51,894 bases of DNA from a virus (lineage: Duplodnaviria; Caudoviricetes): positions 1 to 51,894 of IMG/VR virus record IMGVR_UViG_3300037043_000387; one strand, given 5' to 3'. The translations under genes were made by a program, and so were the position numbers. The first letter of the stretch is position 1. Each line of letters starts with the position of its first letter. Of this stretch, positions 25,496-34,554 are shown piece by piece. A model generated the notes under the pieces. The model was given only the letters and a program-made list of their open reading frames with translations. It ran no database searches and had not been told where the DNA came from.

Positions 25496-25801
25496 ATGGG
25501 TATTCTTCCTGATTGGCTGGGAGAGGGCGGGTTTATTGCCGTGGCGGCAAATCCACCACCGAATCCCCAGGGGGCGAGCTATGCTCGGCGGCCGACGTCT
25601 GTTCGGGAGCTTTCTTTCCAGGTAGCCACGGTATATCCGGCCAGGGTCGCCGATCTGGGGTATGAGGTTGTCCGTCGCGTAGCATCTCCTGGTTCGGTTT
25701 CGTACCAGGACACCATCAAATTTCCTTCCAACATTTCAACAGCACAGTATTCCGGCGGGCAATTACGGCCGCCACAGGTTCAGAATCTTAGCTATCAGTA
25801 G
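25496..25801 (+). CDS. hypothetical protein
   Basis: Operon packing. Confidence 0.5.
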   Translation: MGILPDWLGEGGFIAVAANPPPNPQGASYARRPTSVRELSFQVATVYPARVADLGYEVVRRVASPGSVSYQDTIKFPSNISTAQYSGGQLRPPQVQNLSYQ

Positions 25802-25809
25802 GAGGCCTC

Positions 25810-26394
25810 ATGTCCGCCACAATCGTTTTTACTATCCCTGAACCAGCAGCCGGAGAGGATGTTCCGGTAAGTGTCGTTTGGTATGACTCTGCCGACGGTT
25901 CCGGTTTTGCCTCAATCGGTGAGAAACTACTGAATGACCAAACGCCGAATCCCGAGACCGGCAACCTCACTTATGATCCGGTGACCGGCACCTATAGTTG
26001 GGAGCTGGCAGCGGCGGATACTTCACGGTACCAGCTGATCAAAACCAAGAGCGCCGGCGGGATTGAATGTTTTTCCGGGGTACTGATGCCGCCACTACCG
26101 AGTAACCCGGTGTTGCAGAGCGTCTACGGCAGTGCCAAGGAGTTTGGTGTGGCGACCTGGAGCGTGGGCGATACTGTGGAGATGACCATGACTCAGGATC
26201 AAATGGTTGACGGCGTGATTCTGGAACCGGTTACCCGTACGGTCTTGGTCGATGCGAACGGCATGTTTGTCCTGACTCCGGATAAGGGAGTGAAGGTGAA
26301 GGTTCAGGTGAAGAATCAGGGTACCGGGAAGATTTACTTTTCCAAGTCGTTCACTGTTTCCAGTGAGGACCAGAAGAACATAAAGGACTACTGA
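25810..26394 (+). CDS. putative structural protein
   Basis: GGAGG RBS, beta-rich. Confidence 0.6.
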   Translation: MSATIVFTIPEPAAGEDVPVSVVWYDSADGSGFASIGEKLLNDQTPNPETGNLTYDPVTGTYSWELAAADTSRYQLIKTKSAGGIECFSGVLMPPLPSNPVLQSVYGSAKEFGVATWSVGDTVEMTMTQDQMVDGVILEPVTRTVLVDANGMFVLTPDKGVKVKVQVKNQGTGKIYFSKSFTVSSEDQKNIKDY

Positions 26395-26395
26395 T

Positions 26396-26812
26396 ATGTT
26401 TGCTCTGCCGAAATGGATGACCGATATAAAGAAGCTGTTTGCTACGGCTGACGGGAAGGTGCTTGGCCGAGTGGATGGGGCTTGGGAGTTTCTTTCGTCG
26501 TTCGTGCCGTCCGCTCATAAGGCGGGCCATGCGACAGGCGGGAGCGACGCGCTAACTCCTGCTGACATTGGAGCTGTAGATACAAGCGACTCACGACTGT
26601 CGGATGCAAGGACACCACTATCACATTACCAGGACGCAAGTTCCATTACCGTTTATACGGAGAATTTCAGCGGCAATCTCTCTGCCGCAGACGACACGAC
26701 ACAGAAGGCGCTTGAGACCTTGGATGCCCTTGTTGCGTCAGGAGGTACAGGCGGAGACTCTGGCCCAGGAGTGCTCGTTTTTAACTATACACACCTTCAA
26801 GGAGGTCTCTAA
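26396..26812 (+). CDS. tail fibre-like protein
   Basis: HKAGHATGGSDALTPADIGA, DSRLSDARTPLSH, TQKALETLD fibre motifs. Confidence 0.7.
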   Translation: MFALPKWMTDIKKLFATADGKVLGRVDGAWEFLSSFVPSAHKAGHATGGSDALTPADIGAVDTSDSRLSDARTPLSHYQDASSITVYTENFSGNLSAADDTTQKALETLDALVASGGTGGDSGPGVLVFNYTHLQGGL

Positions 26813-27198
26813 TGGCGGCAAATATTACTCCAATTTTCCCTATAACTCCAAGGATTGAGACACAACAGATAGCCACAGCCGATGGAACAGATAAGAAGTT
26901 GATCTTCGCGCCATCAACAAATGGTTCAAGAGTTAACATAATAGGAGCATCTTCTACCGACACGGCGATTATTACCCTCAATTTCTATGTGTCAAAAGAT
27001 AGTGGTTCCACGTTCAGCTTTTTAGGTTTTCTTACCATTGCGGCTGGTTTCCAGGGGGTAGTTTCGTCGGGGATACCTTGCTTTGATCTTGCCGTAGGAA
27101 TGGCAATCCCTAGCGGTTCCGATATTTACGTTGCCGCATCAGCGGCAGTTACAGTGGATAAAGTGGTTAGTTTTAGCGTGATTGGAAGTGATTACTGA
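26812..27198 (+). CDS. tail-associated protein
   Basis: MAANITPIF...NGSRV...GSDY, a common fibre-module neighbour. Confidence 0.65.
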   Translation: MAANITPIFPITPRIETQQIATADGTDKKLIFAPSTNGSRVNIIGASSTDTAIITLNFYVSKDSGSTFSFLGFLTIAAGFQGVVSSGIPCFDLAVGMAIPSGSDIYVAASAAVTVDKVVSFSVIGSDY

Positions 27199-28304
27199 TG
27201 AACGATTTTGTTGCTCCAAATATTACGAAAATTTCGTATTGCGTCGGTGCGGACAACGCTCCTGATGTCAAGAATATAACTATAAGTCAAGATATGCTTT
27301 TACCGTCTGTGCAAGATGGCGATATGGTTACTTTCTTTGCAAAGAACCTTACAATTGATGCCGGGGCTACGTTAACAACAGAAAATCGCTGTAAAGGCAT
27401 GAGAATTATTTGTTTCGGGGATTGCACTATCAGCGGAAAAATATCAATGACCGGTAGAGGTGCTTTTGCCGCAGGAGAAGACGTTACTATTGACATAGCA
27501 ACACAGTCATTATTCACCGTTAAATTCCCTGCTGAATTGAGGGCAATAGACATCTATTTGAAAAACTTTTTTAACCCTGCCAGTGAGTTCTCTGATATGC
27601 CGGAAAGTATCAGGCCGGTGATTGAAAAAGAGACTTTAACAGGGCAATCCCTTGGCACCGTTCCGGCAGTGGGTGGTGCTGGTGGCACGGCACCATCTAA
27701 TGCGGGTGGCACAGCAGGGGCGGCTGGCACTAACAGGGCCGCTGGTGGCGGAGGGTCAGGCGGCAGTTATATCTCGGCTGGTTATGCCGGTGCCGGTGGA
27801 ATAGGTACAGCATTTTCGGGTGGTCCTGGGGGTGGTGGGGCGGCAAGCAATACCACAGGGTATCACGCCTATGCGTCATCGGGGGCTAATGATGGAGGTG
27901 CGGGCGGATACGGTGCTGTCAATATGGCAAGCACAGCATACGCCCAGGCCGCAGGTGGTGGGGCTGGCAACCCAGGTGGTGCCGGTGCAAACAGATTAAC
28001 CGGTGTAGGTAATCCCGGTTCTGTCGGCACTGGCGGACTGTTAATCCTGATAGTATTGGGTAATTTAACTATCAACGCTGGTGGAACTATTGAGTCAAAA
28101 GGGTCTACTGGGGGTAGTACATCCAGCGCGACTTATGCCGCTGGTGGCGGTGGGTCAGGTGGTGGGAGCATTAACATTGCCTACGGAGGATTATATGCCA
28201 ACGCAGGAACAATAACCTCGTCCGGCGGTGCAGGGGGATCTAGCACTCGGACTGGGGGGGCAGGCGGAGCGGGCTGTATTACTATTGAACAGCTTTCAAC
28301 ATAA
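27198..28304 (+). CDS. glycine-rich tail fibre/receptor-binding protein
   Basis: Extensive GGGG/GGAG repeats; GTGGLLIL; GGGGSGGGSI. Confidence 0.75.
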   Translation: MNDFVAPNITKISYCVGADNAPDVKNITISQDMLLPSVQDGDMVTFFAKNLTIDAGATLTTENRCKGMRIICFGDCTISGKISMTGRGAFAAGEDVTIDIATQSLFTVKFPAELRAIDIYLKNFFNPASEFSDMPESIRPVIEKETLTGQSLGTVPAVGGAGGTAPSNAGGTAGAAGTNRAAGGGGSGGSYISAGYAGAGGIGTAFSGGPGGGGAASNTTGYHAYASSGANDGGAGGYGAVNMASTAYAQAAGGGAGNPGGAGANRLTGVGNPGSVGTGGLLILIVLGNLTINAGGTIESKGSTGGSTSSATYAAGGGGSGGGSINIAYGGLYANAGTITSSGGAGGSSTRTGGAGGAGCITIEQLST

Positions 28305-28319
28305 AAGGGGTTTCGCGTA

Positions 28320-29576
28320 ATGCTTTCATTCTTTGATGGATACGAGTCAGGGGTATCTCCCTCCGTCCGGGTCCGAAATGTCTTTCGGGAATATTGGGAC
28401 TTCACAGCTCTGCAATGGGTAGTTAGTGAAAGTGCCGATACGAGGCTTAATTATGCCGAATCAGAGAATGGAGATGGTACCAGTCTTTATGTAGTGGAGG
28501 TACCAGTCCCTCTTGGCGGTCCGTATATCCAAGAGGCGGTCCTGCCATCCGGCGAAGTTTTAGGTTGCGATACAACCGCAATCGACTCTACGTTGTCTGA
28601 GTCTGTTGCGGTAACTCCGCCGACAATAGTTGAGATCCGGCAGGAGCTGGACACCAATAGCGTGAAACTGGCGAATCTGGATGTCGCCGTGTCTTCCCGC
28701 TCTACTTACAATGGCGGGCAAGTGGCGTCAGTCCTTGGCTCGGTTGGGAGTGTAGCCGGTGCAGTAGGTAGCGTGGCCGCACCGGTTACTGTCGGGATCA
28801 ATCAGGACAAGACCGGTTACAGCCTATCAATTGCCGGGATACTGGCGATCTGGAACCAGGCTACCGGAGCGGCTGGAATCCTTGTTAACACCATTGGGGC
28901 AAAGGTCAGGGATCTGGTGCTCGGAGTTGACAATAAGGTGATGGTCTCCGCAGATCCTCAAGACTTGTCAGCAACATTGCAAGTTAACGCGAAGGTGGTT
29001 GGGGACAAAACCGGATATGCGTTAACTTCGGCCTATGATGCGGCGAAGTCGGCGTCATCTCAGACATCTGTTAGTGCAATCCCTACGAGCCCACTTCTCG
29101 AAACAGACACCAGGCTGGATCACCTGGACGCTAATATCTCTTCAATACCGACAGATCCCCTTCTCTTGGCGGATTACACAGAACCAGACAATGCGGCGAT
29201 TGCTTCCGTCCTCCTGGCCCTCCAGCACACAACCTATGGCCTAGAGCGCCTGGATACCGAGATTGATGCTATTTCTATCACTCTTTCCTCCGTTGCTTCT
29301 GGTGATGAGATCCAAACCCTGCTTGACAGGTTGAGTGTTGCCCGCGCTGGACTGCTCGACAATCTCCAGTATCTCACCGAGGCGCCAGGCTTGACAGTGG
29401 ATCAAGTTAACACACTCACCGAAGCCAGGGACGAAGCTCGTCTTTCAAGGCAGATGCAAACTAATAAAGCCATTATCGCCAATGACGGTCTATCCGTTAC
29501 AATCTACGCCGATGACGGGTTAACACCTCTCTGGGTTTTCTCGATCCCGGACAACAAGCACCGGATACCGGCATGA
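28320..29576 (+). CDS. putative tail fibre/structural protein
   Basis: Repeated DKTGYSL/DKTGYAL, LDVAVSSR. Confidence 0.65.
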   Translation: MLSFFDGYESGVSPSVRVRNVFREYWDFTALQWVVSESADTRLNYAESENGDGTSLYVVEVPVPLGGPYIQEAVLPSGEVLGCDTTAIDSTLSESVAVTPPTIVEIRQELDTNSVKLANLDVAVSSRSTYNGGQVASVLGSVGSVAGAVGSVAAPVTVGINQDKTGYSLSIAGILAIWNQATGAAGILVNTIGAKVRDLVLGVDNKVMVSADPQDLSATLQVNAKVVGDKTGYALTSAYDAAKSASSQTSVSAIPTSPLLETDTRLDHLDANISSIPTDPLLLADYTEPDNAAIASVLLALQHTTYGLERLDTEIDAISITLSSVASGDEIQTLLDRLSVARAGLLDNLQYLTEAPGLTVDQVNTLTEARDEARLSRQMQTNKAIIANDGLSVTIYADDGLTPLWVFSIPDNKHRIPA

Positions 29577-31306
29577 TCTTTACCCATGAGCAAGTGACAG
29601 GCGGGGAAGAATACCTTGGCTTTGCTCGGCAAAAGCTCGCATGGATGGACAAAGCTCGCCGTGAGGCCAAGTCGCCAGTAATGTCTTGGGGTCCGTTCCC
29701 CGTTGATTCAGTGGAAATCTTCATTGTATCTGCGGACACCGGCAACCTGATAAGGATTGAAAGCATTGTGGGCGGATTTATCTGCCATCCAAGGGACATC
29801 ACCAACAAGGGTGGCGCAAAGCCTGGAGGAGTGGCAATAACTCCAGAATACACCTATCCCTTGGTGGATGATGATCTTGGAAGTAGAGTTTTGACCTTTG
29901 AAGATGATGCCTGGCTGGTCTCGTCGGATGTTGAAAACTATGGGAATCTCTATTGGATGGGCGGCGGCGGTGATGTTCTTTCTTGGCGTGGTCCTGCCGG
30001 TAGACAGTTTGAAATGGATAGTCTTCTGACGTTTCCAGGTTTTACGGAGTGGGATTACACACAGATGGTCGATGGGTTTGAGGTGGAGCACTACACACCT
30101 TACCGCAATCTTGTCTACCAGGACGGCGAAGTGCTCAAGGAATTTCTGTACGGTTATAAAGTCCTGGGTTGTGCGCTGAATGGCGGGTCTCTCGTCTCTG
30201 TCGTCGGAGTTGATTATGCGGGGAAGACGAATCCTGACGGGGGCATGGATGGTTTTTATGACGAAGTGTGGTTTGGTGATGAAAGGATAGGCTGGCAAAA
30301 CTCTTCCCGGCCGAGTGTTCCGTGGTTCTTTAACCCATCCGGCACAGAAGCAGTCAATGGGAATCGAAAGGTTGTTATCGACGTAGACAAAAATTGCATT
30401 TTCTCTGCTCTTGAAGCCGGAAGCGGCTCGCAGAACAATTTATTTGACGGTACAGATCCAACAAGTTGGGGTGTGACAAAGAACGGATCATGGCCGATGT
30501 TCCGCGATTTTAACGGAATTGCCGAGCAAGGCGTCATGCTTAGTGTTGATGTCAATGAGCAAACAAATTTGACTGGTACTACCTCACAAACTTATGATGA
30601 TCTATCCGTCATGATTTCTGGTGAGCCGGTACTTATTGGTGGTTATCCGTATATTGGTAGAAGCTACTCAGTTGAAAACATGTGTCCGAACGTAGTGTTC
30701 TCAGCACCGTGCTTAACATTCGAGGGTGGAACTGTCACAGAAATGGAAGGTTGCTGTGCTGATATTACTATTACAGCAACAGACGAAAAAGGTAATACTG
30801 CGTCTGCTACATACAGTGGCGACGCTCTTTCAGATTTAGTCATGGTAGGAAGTGAGGACGTAACCGTTGGAGCTAATTATGGTCTGTCAGGTATTGACGA
30901 CCCTCGTCACCCTATTAGTTGGTCCTTTAATGGCGGAACCATAGACTCAAATGGTCAAATAACCACTATTACCGGTTGCGGGATGGGGAGTGTTACTGGC
31001 ACCGATGCTTGCGGCAGGAGCGCCACGATGGCAGTGAGACTGCCATCGGGTGTGTGGGTTCAGACCGGTATTCACACGGGTTGTAGTGTCGGGGATCAAT
31101 ATTGTGGCCAGGTTGGATCAACATATATCAGTGGCAACTATAAGGCATACGCGAGTATCTCATGCGGGAAACCTGTTAATTGCCCATGGCCATACAGCCC
31201 TTGGTTTTGCCCTGGATGTGGTGCCGGTGGTACTGGAGGCGGTGCGCCTGGGTACTCAATAGGAATAGTTGGTACTTGGTACTCGTATGAATGGAGGTGC
31301 CCATAA
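29573..31306 (+). CDS. putative structural protein with Ig-like and Cys-rich C-terminus
   Basis: 577 aa; TITATDEKGNTAS; many C-terminal cysteines. Confidence 0.6.
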   Translation: MIFTHEQVTGGEEYLGFARQKLAWMDKARREAKSPVMSWGPFPVDSVEIFIVSADTGNLIRIESIVGGFICHPRDITNKGGAKPGGVAITPEYTYPLVDDDLGSRVLTFEDDAWLVSSDVENYGNLYWMGGGGDVLSWRGPAGRQFEMDSLLTFPGFTEWDYTQMVDGFEVEHYTPYRNLVYQDGEVLKEFLYGYKVLGCALNGGSLVSVVGVDYAGKTNPDGGMDGFYDEVWFGDERIGWQNSSRPSVPWFFNPSGTEAVNGNRKVVIDVDKNCIFSALEAGSGSQNNLFDGTDPTSWGVTKNGSWPMFRDFNGIAEQGVMLSVDVNEQTNLTGTTSQTYDDLSVMISGEPVLIGGYPYIGRSYSVENMCPNVVFSAPCLTFEGGTVTEMEGCCADITITATDEKGNTASATYSGDALSDLVMVGSEDVTVGANYGLSGIDDPRHPISWSFNGGTIDSNGQITTITGCGMGSVTGTDACGRSATMAVRLPSGVWVQTGIHTGCSVGDQYCGQVGSTYISGNYKAYASISCGKPVNCPWPYSPWFCPGCGAGGTGGGAPGYSIGIVGTWYSYEWRCP

Positions 31307-31307
31307 A

Positions 31308-31661
31308 ATGTTGTGCAACAATAACGCTAGGTTAACGATAGTTATGACGATGTTAGATCCATATGATTACTCTGAGTTCAAAAAACTCTGCGCTGACAGT
31401 GGGGTGGAACCTCTTGCTTTTGGGGAGTATGCTCAAAAGGTGGAAGCGGTATTATCTGCCGTTGAAGCGTATCCTGATATGCCTATCGTTGACGCTTACA
31501 TGCAATTCGTAAAAAACAACGCTGGACACTTATCGGCACCACCAATAGCGGTTGACGATCCGAAGACAGTCCGTAGTTCACAGGTTAAGCATGAGGAAAC
31601 CCCAAGTCAACCAACTAGCTCAAGTGGTTGTGGAACCTGTGGTGGGGGTAAGGTCAGGTGA
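31308..31661 (+). CDS. hypothetical protein ending GCGTCGGGKVR
   Basis: GGAGG RBS. Confidence 0.55.
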   Translation: MLCNNNARLTIVMTMLDPYDYSEFKKLCADSGVEPLAFGEYAQKVEAVLSAVEAYPDMPIVDAYMQFVKNNAGHLSAPPIAVDDPKTVRSSQVKHEETPSQPTSSSGCGTCGGGKVR

Positions 31662-32665
31662 CTCTAAATACTTGTGATGGACCGCACTATAGTTGCGAAG
31701 ATCCTATTGAGTGGTTAGTCGGCGGGGAATCAAGCCGGGGGCTGTCGCAAGTCAGGAACAACAAAACATCTTTTATGCTTGGAGAAGTAGAGATAATTGT
31801 AGCTTCCATCAACAGGTCTCTGGCAATTAGCATCGCAGATTCATGGGCATTGGAGGGGGCTTTTCTCATGCGCGACTCTGAGGGTGACTTGTTTGATTGC
31901 GGCGAGTTAACATATGATCCTAATGGATCTATTTCGGAAACATGCACATACATAACTACGGTTATTCATTTTTTGGACACCCGGTACAATAACGGGGTCT
32001 TTACCGAAACAAAAGAAGTTCTGACATTCAGTGATACCGGAGATATGTGCGCCTTTAAAGAGGCATGGGGGATTCCCTGGTACCATAAATTCGTTATCAC
32101 GAATCATACTGTAGTAACCACGGTCACTCATTTTATTGTCCTGGCCGGGGTGAAAACGGTGTTGAAAGAAGCGGTTTCCACCACTTATCCGAATACGGCT
32201 GAAAATCCATTGATCCTTGTCTATCCGAATCCACCGTCAGCGGCTATTCCCTGGATTAATTGCGAGGACATTGACGAGTTTGGTTTCTATGATTACCACG
32301 AAGGCGGGCCTCCCCCTGGAGGAAGCCAGAGGATTGCACAGGACGGTGGCGATGATTTCTATTGGCCGGAGTGGATACGGGCAATCGGCCAAGTTAACGC
32401 GGCGGCTGATGTGGAGATGAAGGACGAACGATATTTCACCTTTTACCTCAACGTCCCTAACCCTGGCACTCGTTCTATCTCGAACCCAGGAATCTTTACC
32501 GACTCAACTCCGTGCGCTTCCATAGCGGTTGACCAAGGGGGGAGAGTTTTCTATTCGCTGACCCTGGGCGGGCAAAACTTCAATTACCTGGAAGACGGAA
32601 ACCTGTTGGAGCTTTTACCCTATTTCGCGGCTGATCCGAAGTTTTATCCAGTGGGGGTTATATGA
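31658..32665 (+). CDS. putative structural protein
   Basis: 335 aa, GTGA coupling. Confidence 0.6.
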   Translation: MTLNTCDGPHYSCEDPIEWLVGGESSRGLSQVRNNKTSFMLGEVEIIVASINRSLAISIADSWALEGAFLMRDSEGDLFDCGELTYDPNGSISETCTYITTVIHFLDTRYNNGVFTETKEVLTFSDTGDMCAFKEAWGIPWYHKFVITNHTVVTTVTHFIVLAGVKTVLKEAVSTTYPNTAENPLILVYPNPPSAAIPWINCEDIDEFGFYDYHEGGPPPGGSQRIAQDGGDDFYWPEWIRAIGQVNAAADVEMKDERYFTFYLNVPNPGTRSISNPGIFTDSTPCASIAVDQGGRVFYSLTLGGQNFNYLEDGNLLELLPYFAADPKFYPVGVI

Positions 32666-32922
32666 AAATTCTGGCTCAAGTTTTTGGCGCGTATATCATT
32701 ACCGCCGTGATCGTCAACGGAAACATCTTCTACCGGGTCCGTGAGTGGATCAAGACAAAAACGCCATGGCTATTCAAAGGGAATCCTCCCCGGCACCTGC
32801 TTGAATGCCGCATGTGTACCGGGTTCTGGGTGTCCTTAGCCGCAGTTGTGGTGTGCCAGAACTGGCTGATGTTTCCGCTGGTGTATGGCGGTTCATATTT
32901 CCTTGCGACACAGGAACGTTAA
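32662..32922 (+). CDS. DUF1360-like membrane protein
   Basis: IFYRVR...LLECRMCTGFWVS. Confidence 0.65.
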   Translation: MKILAQVFGAYIITAVIVNGNIFYRVREWIKTKTPWLFKGNPPRHLLECRMCTGFWVSLAAVVVCQNWLMFPLVYGGSYFLATQER

Positions 32923-32943
32923 GAGTATATTCGGGAAATTGTT

Positions 32944-32962
32944 GTTCACAATAATATTGAAC
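32944..32962. promoter_or_regulatory. RTTCA-N9-TGAAC palindrome, copy 4
   Basis: GTTCA CAATAATAT TGAAC (near-reverse of copy 3). Confidence 0.75.
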
Positions 32963-32988
32963 GGAAACCGGAAATAAGGGGGTGGCAG

Positions 32989-34509
32989 ATGGCGAACGCA
33001 TGGGGATTGCCGGATAACGAAGTGAAACAGATCAAGAGCGGACTGGGCATTGCCGATGTTTCTGCTGCTCCGGTGAAGCCGGTCAGGAGGAAGGCCGCTG
33101 CCATACCGGGTATCGGGGATACTCCGGATATGAAGCCCTACCGCTTTATGAATGCCCAGGAGCTGGCCAATGAAGGGGCCGGGCCGGTCAAGTCGCTGGT
33201 GGGCGGTTTCTCGGGGTCAATCGCAAATGCGATCGCGGGGGATAAGGAGGGTAAGCTTTATGAATATACCTCTCCGGAAGCGCAAAACAGGGTGGAAGGT
33301 GAGAAGATTTCCAACTATATGGCGGGGAGTCTGGGGCAGGTAAAGGGGCGAAGGACGGTTATTCCCGGGATTGCCAGCGTTGCGGAAGCAGCGGATCTGC
33401 CGGTAAAAACCTCAGCTGCCGTACCTACGGACCTCTCAAATATTGCGGCCAACGCGGTAGTCGGTGCGGCAGGAGGGAATCCGACGATCAGCACGGCGCT
33501 TGAAAAGGTAGGGGGAGATCTTGCTGTTTCACCTGCGACTTCCACAGCGGCGTCAACAGTCCCGGCGATTGGTGATCCTGGCAGCGGGTCCGCACTGGTG
33601 AGCGGTAAGAAAATCAATTACCAGGATATCGGCGGGATAGGGGATCCGTTGAAATCTGGCCATGATGGTTCCGGGCGGATAAAGGGGCAGGCGCAGAATT
33701 CCAATAGTCTCGTGGGCAATCTGATTGACCGGCGTGATCAGGGGATTGTTTCGCAGGAGTATAAAGACCAGGTTGCCAATGCGGTGCGGATCAATGCAGC
33801 TAACGGTATGGCTCCGACAGCGGAGCAGATGAAGACTCTGGGGATGACCAATACTGACCTGGTGAATGTGCTGGCGGCGAATAATAAGGATGGCCGCTAT
33901 GATACGCAGATAACGGACCTGCAGAAACAGCAGTTTGTCGATCAGCAGGGGCAGAAGCTGGCGGTTGATTCGCAGGCGCTGGAAAATGATCTGGCCTACA
34001 AGAACAATCTCTTGGCTATCGATGCGCCGTTGAAGGATGCGCAGGCGAAACAGTATCTGTCCGAGGCGAAGAAGAATGACCTGATGAGTACTCCTGAGTA
34101 CCTGAAAGCCGCCGGGAAAGATAAAAGCGACGAGCAGCGCTATAAGCTGATGGAAAAGCTGATCGGGACGAATGAGAGTTTGTACGGAAAGATCCTCGAT
34201 GGGATACGACAGCATCCGGAGGGTATGAATCTGCCGGTAGCCGACCAGGAGAAGTTTGCGCGTGACAAGGCCTGGGAGGCGACACTTCAGAGCTTTAGTA
34301 ATGTCGGCGGTCTTTTTGCCTCCAAGCCGGAGGAGGGTGGAGCAAGGAGCGGGCCGAATAAAACCTTGCAAGGTGCCGTGGTGGCGCTCCGGGCTGCGCA
34401 GGAGGGTATTGAGAAGCGGAAGGCTGCCGGGCAGATAGACGAGAAACAGGCGAATGCTGAATTTAGACAGGCTTGGGACGCTTATGCAAAAGTTAAATCG
34501 GCGGCATAA
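32989..34509 (+). CDS. putative DNA ejection/internal virion protein
   Basis: Ala/Gly/Gln-rich, no Cys; precedes the giant protein. Confidence 0.6.
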   Translation: MANAWGLPDNEVKQIKSGLGIADVSAAPVKPVRRKAAAIPGIGDTPDMKPYRFMNAQELANEGAGPVKSLVGGFSGSIANAIAGDKEGKLYEYTSPEAQNRVEGEKISNYMAGSLGQVKGRRTVIPGIASVAEAADLPVKTSAAVPTDLSNIAANAVVGAAGGNPTISTALEKVGGDLAVSPATSTAASTVPAIGDPGSGSALVSGKKINYQDIGGIGDPLKSGHDGSGRIKGQAQNSNSLVGNLIDRRDQGIVSQEYKDQVANAVRINAANGMAPTAEQMKTLGMTNTDLVNVLAANNKDGRYDTQITDLQKQQFVDQQGQKLAVDSQALENDLAYKNNLLAIDAPLKDAQAKQYLSEAKKNDLMSTPEYLKAAGKDKSDEQRYKLMEKLIGTNESLYGKILDGIRQHPEGMNLPVADQEKFARDKAWEATLQSFSNVGGLFASKPEEGGARSGPNKTLQGAVVALRAAQEGIEKRKAAGQIDEKQANAEFRQAWDAYAKVKSAA

Positions 34510-34554
34510 CCAGGGCACCTAAATAGAAAATACTATTCCGACAGGGAGCATTGA

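Noticed and set aside
26396-32665. Diversity-generating retroelement or invertible fibre cassette
   Set aside because: No reverse transcriptase, no TR/VR pair and no invertase or flanking inverted repeats seen.
33553-34518. 321-aa minus-strand ORF, and similar ones at 20296-21075, 40504-41262, 44413-45255, 48085-48780 and 48946-49680
   Set aside because: Leu/Arg/Pro-rich shadows of codon-biased + strand genes; unlike 38597-38836 they lack a promoter plus RBS.
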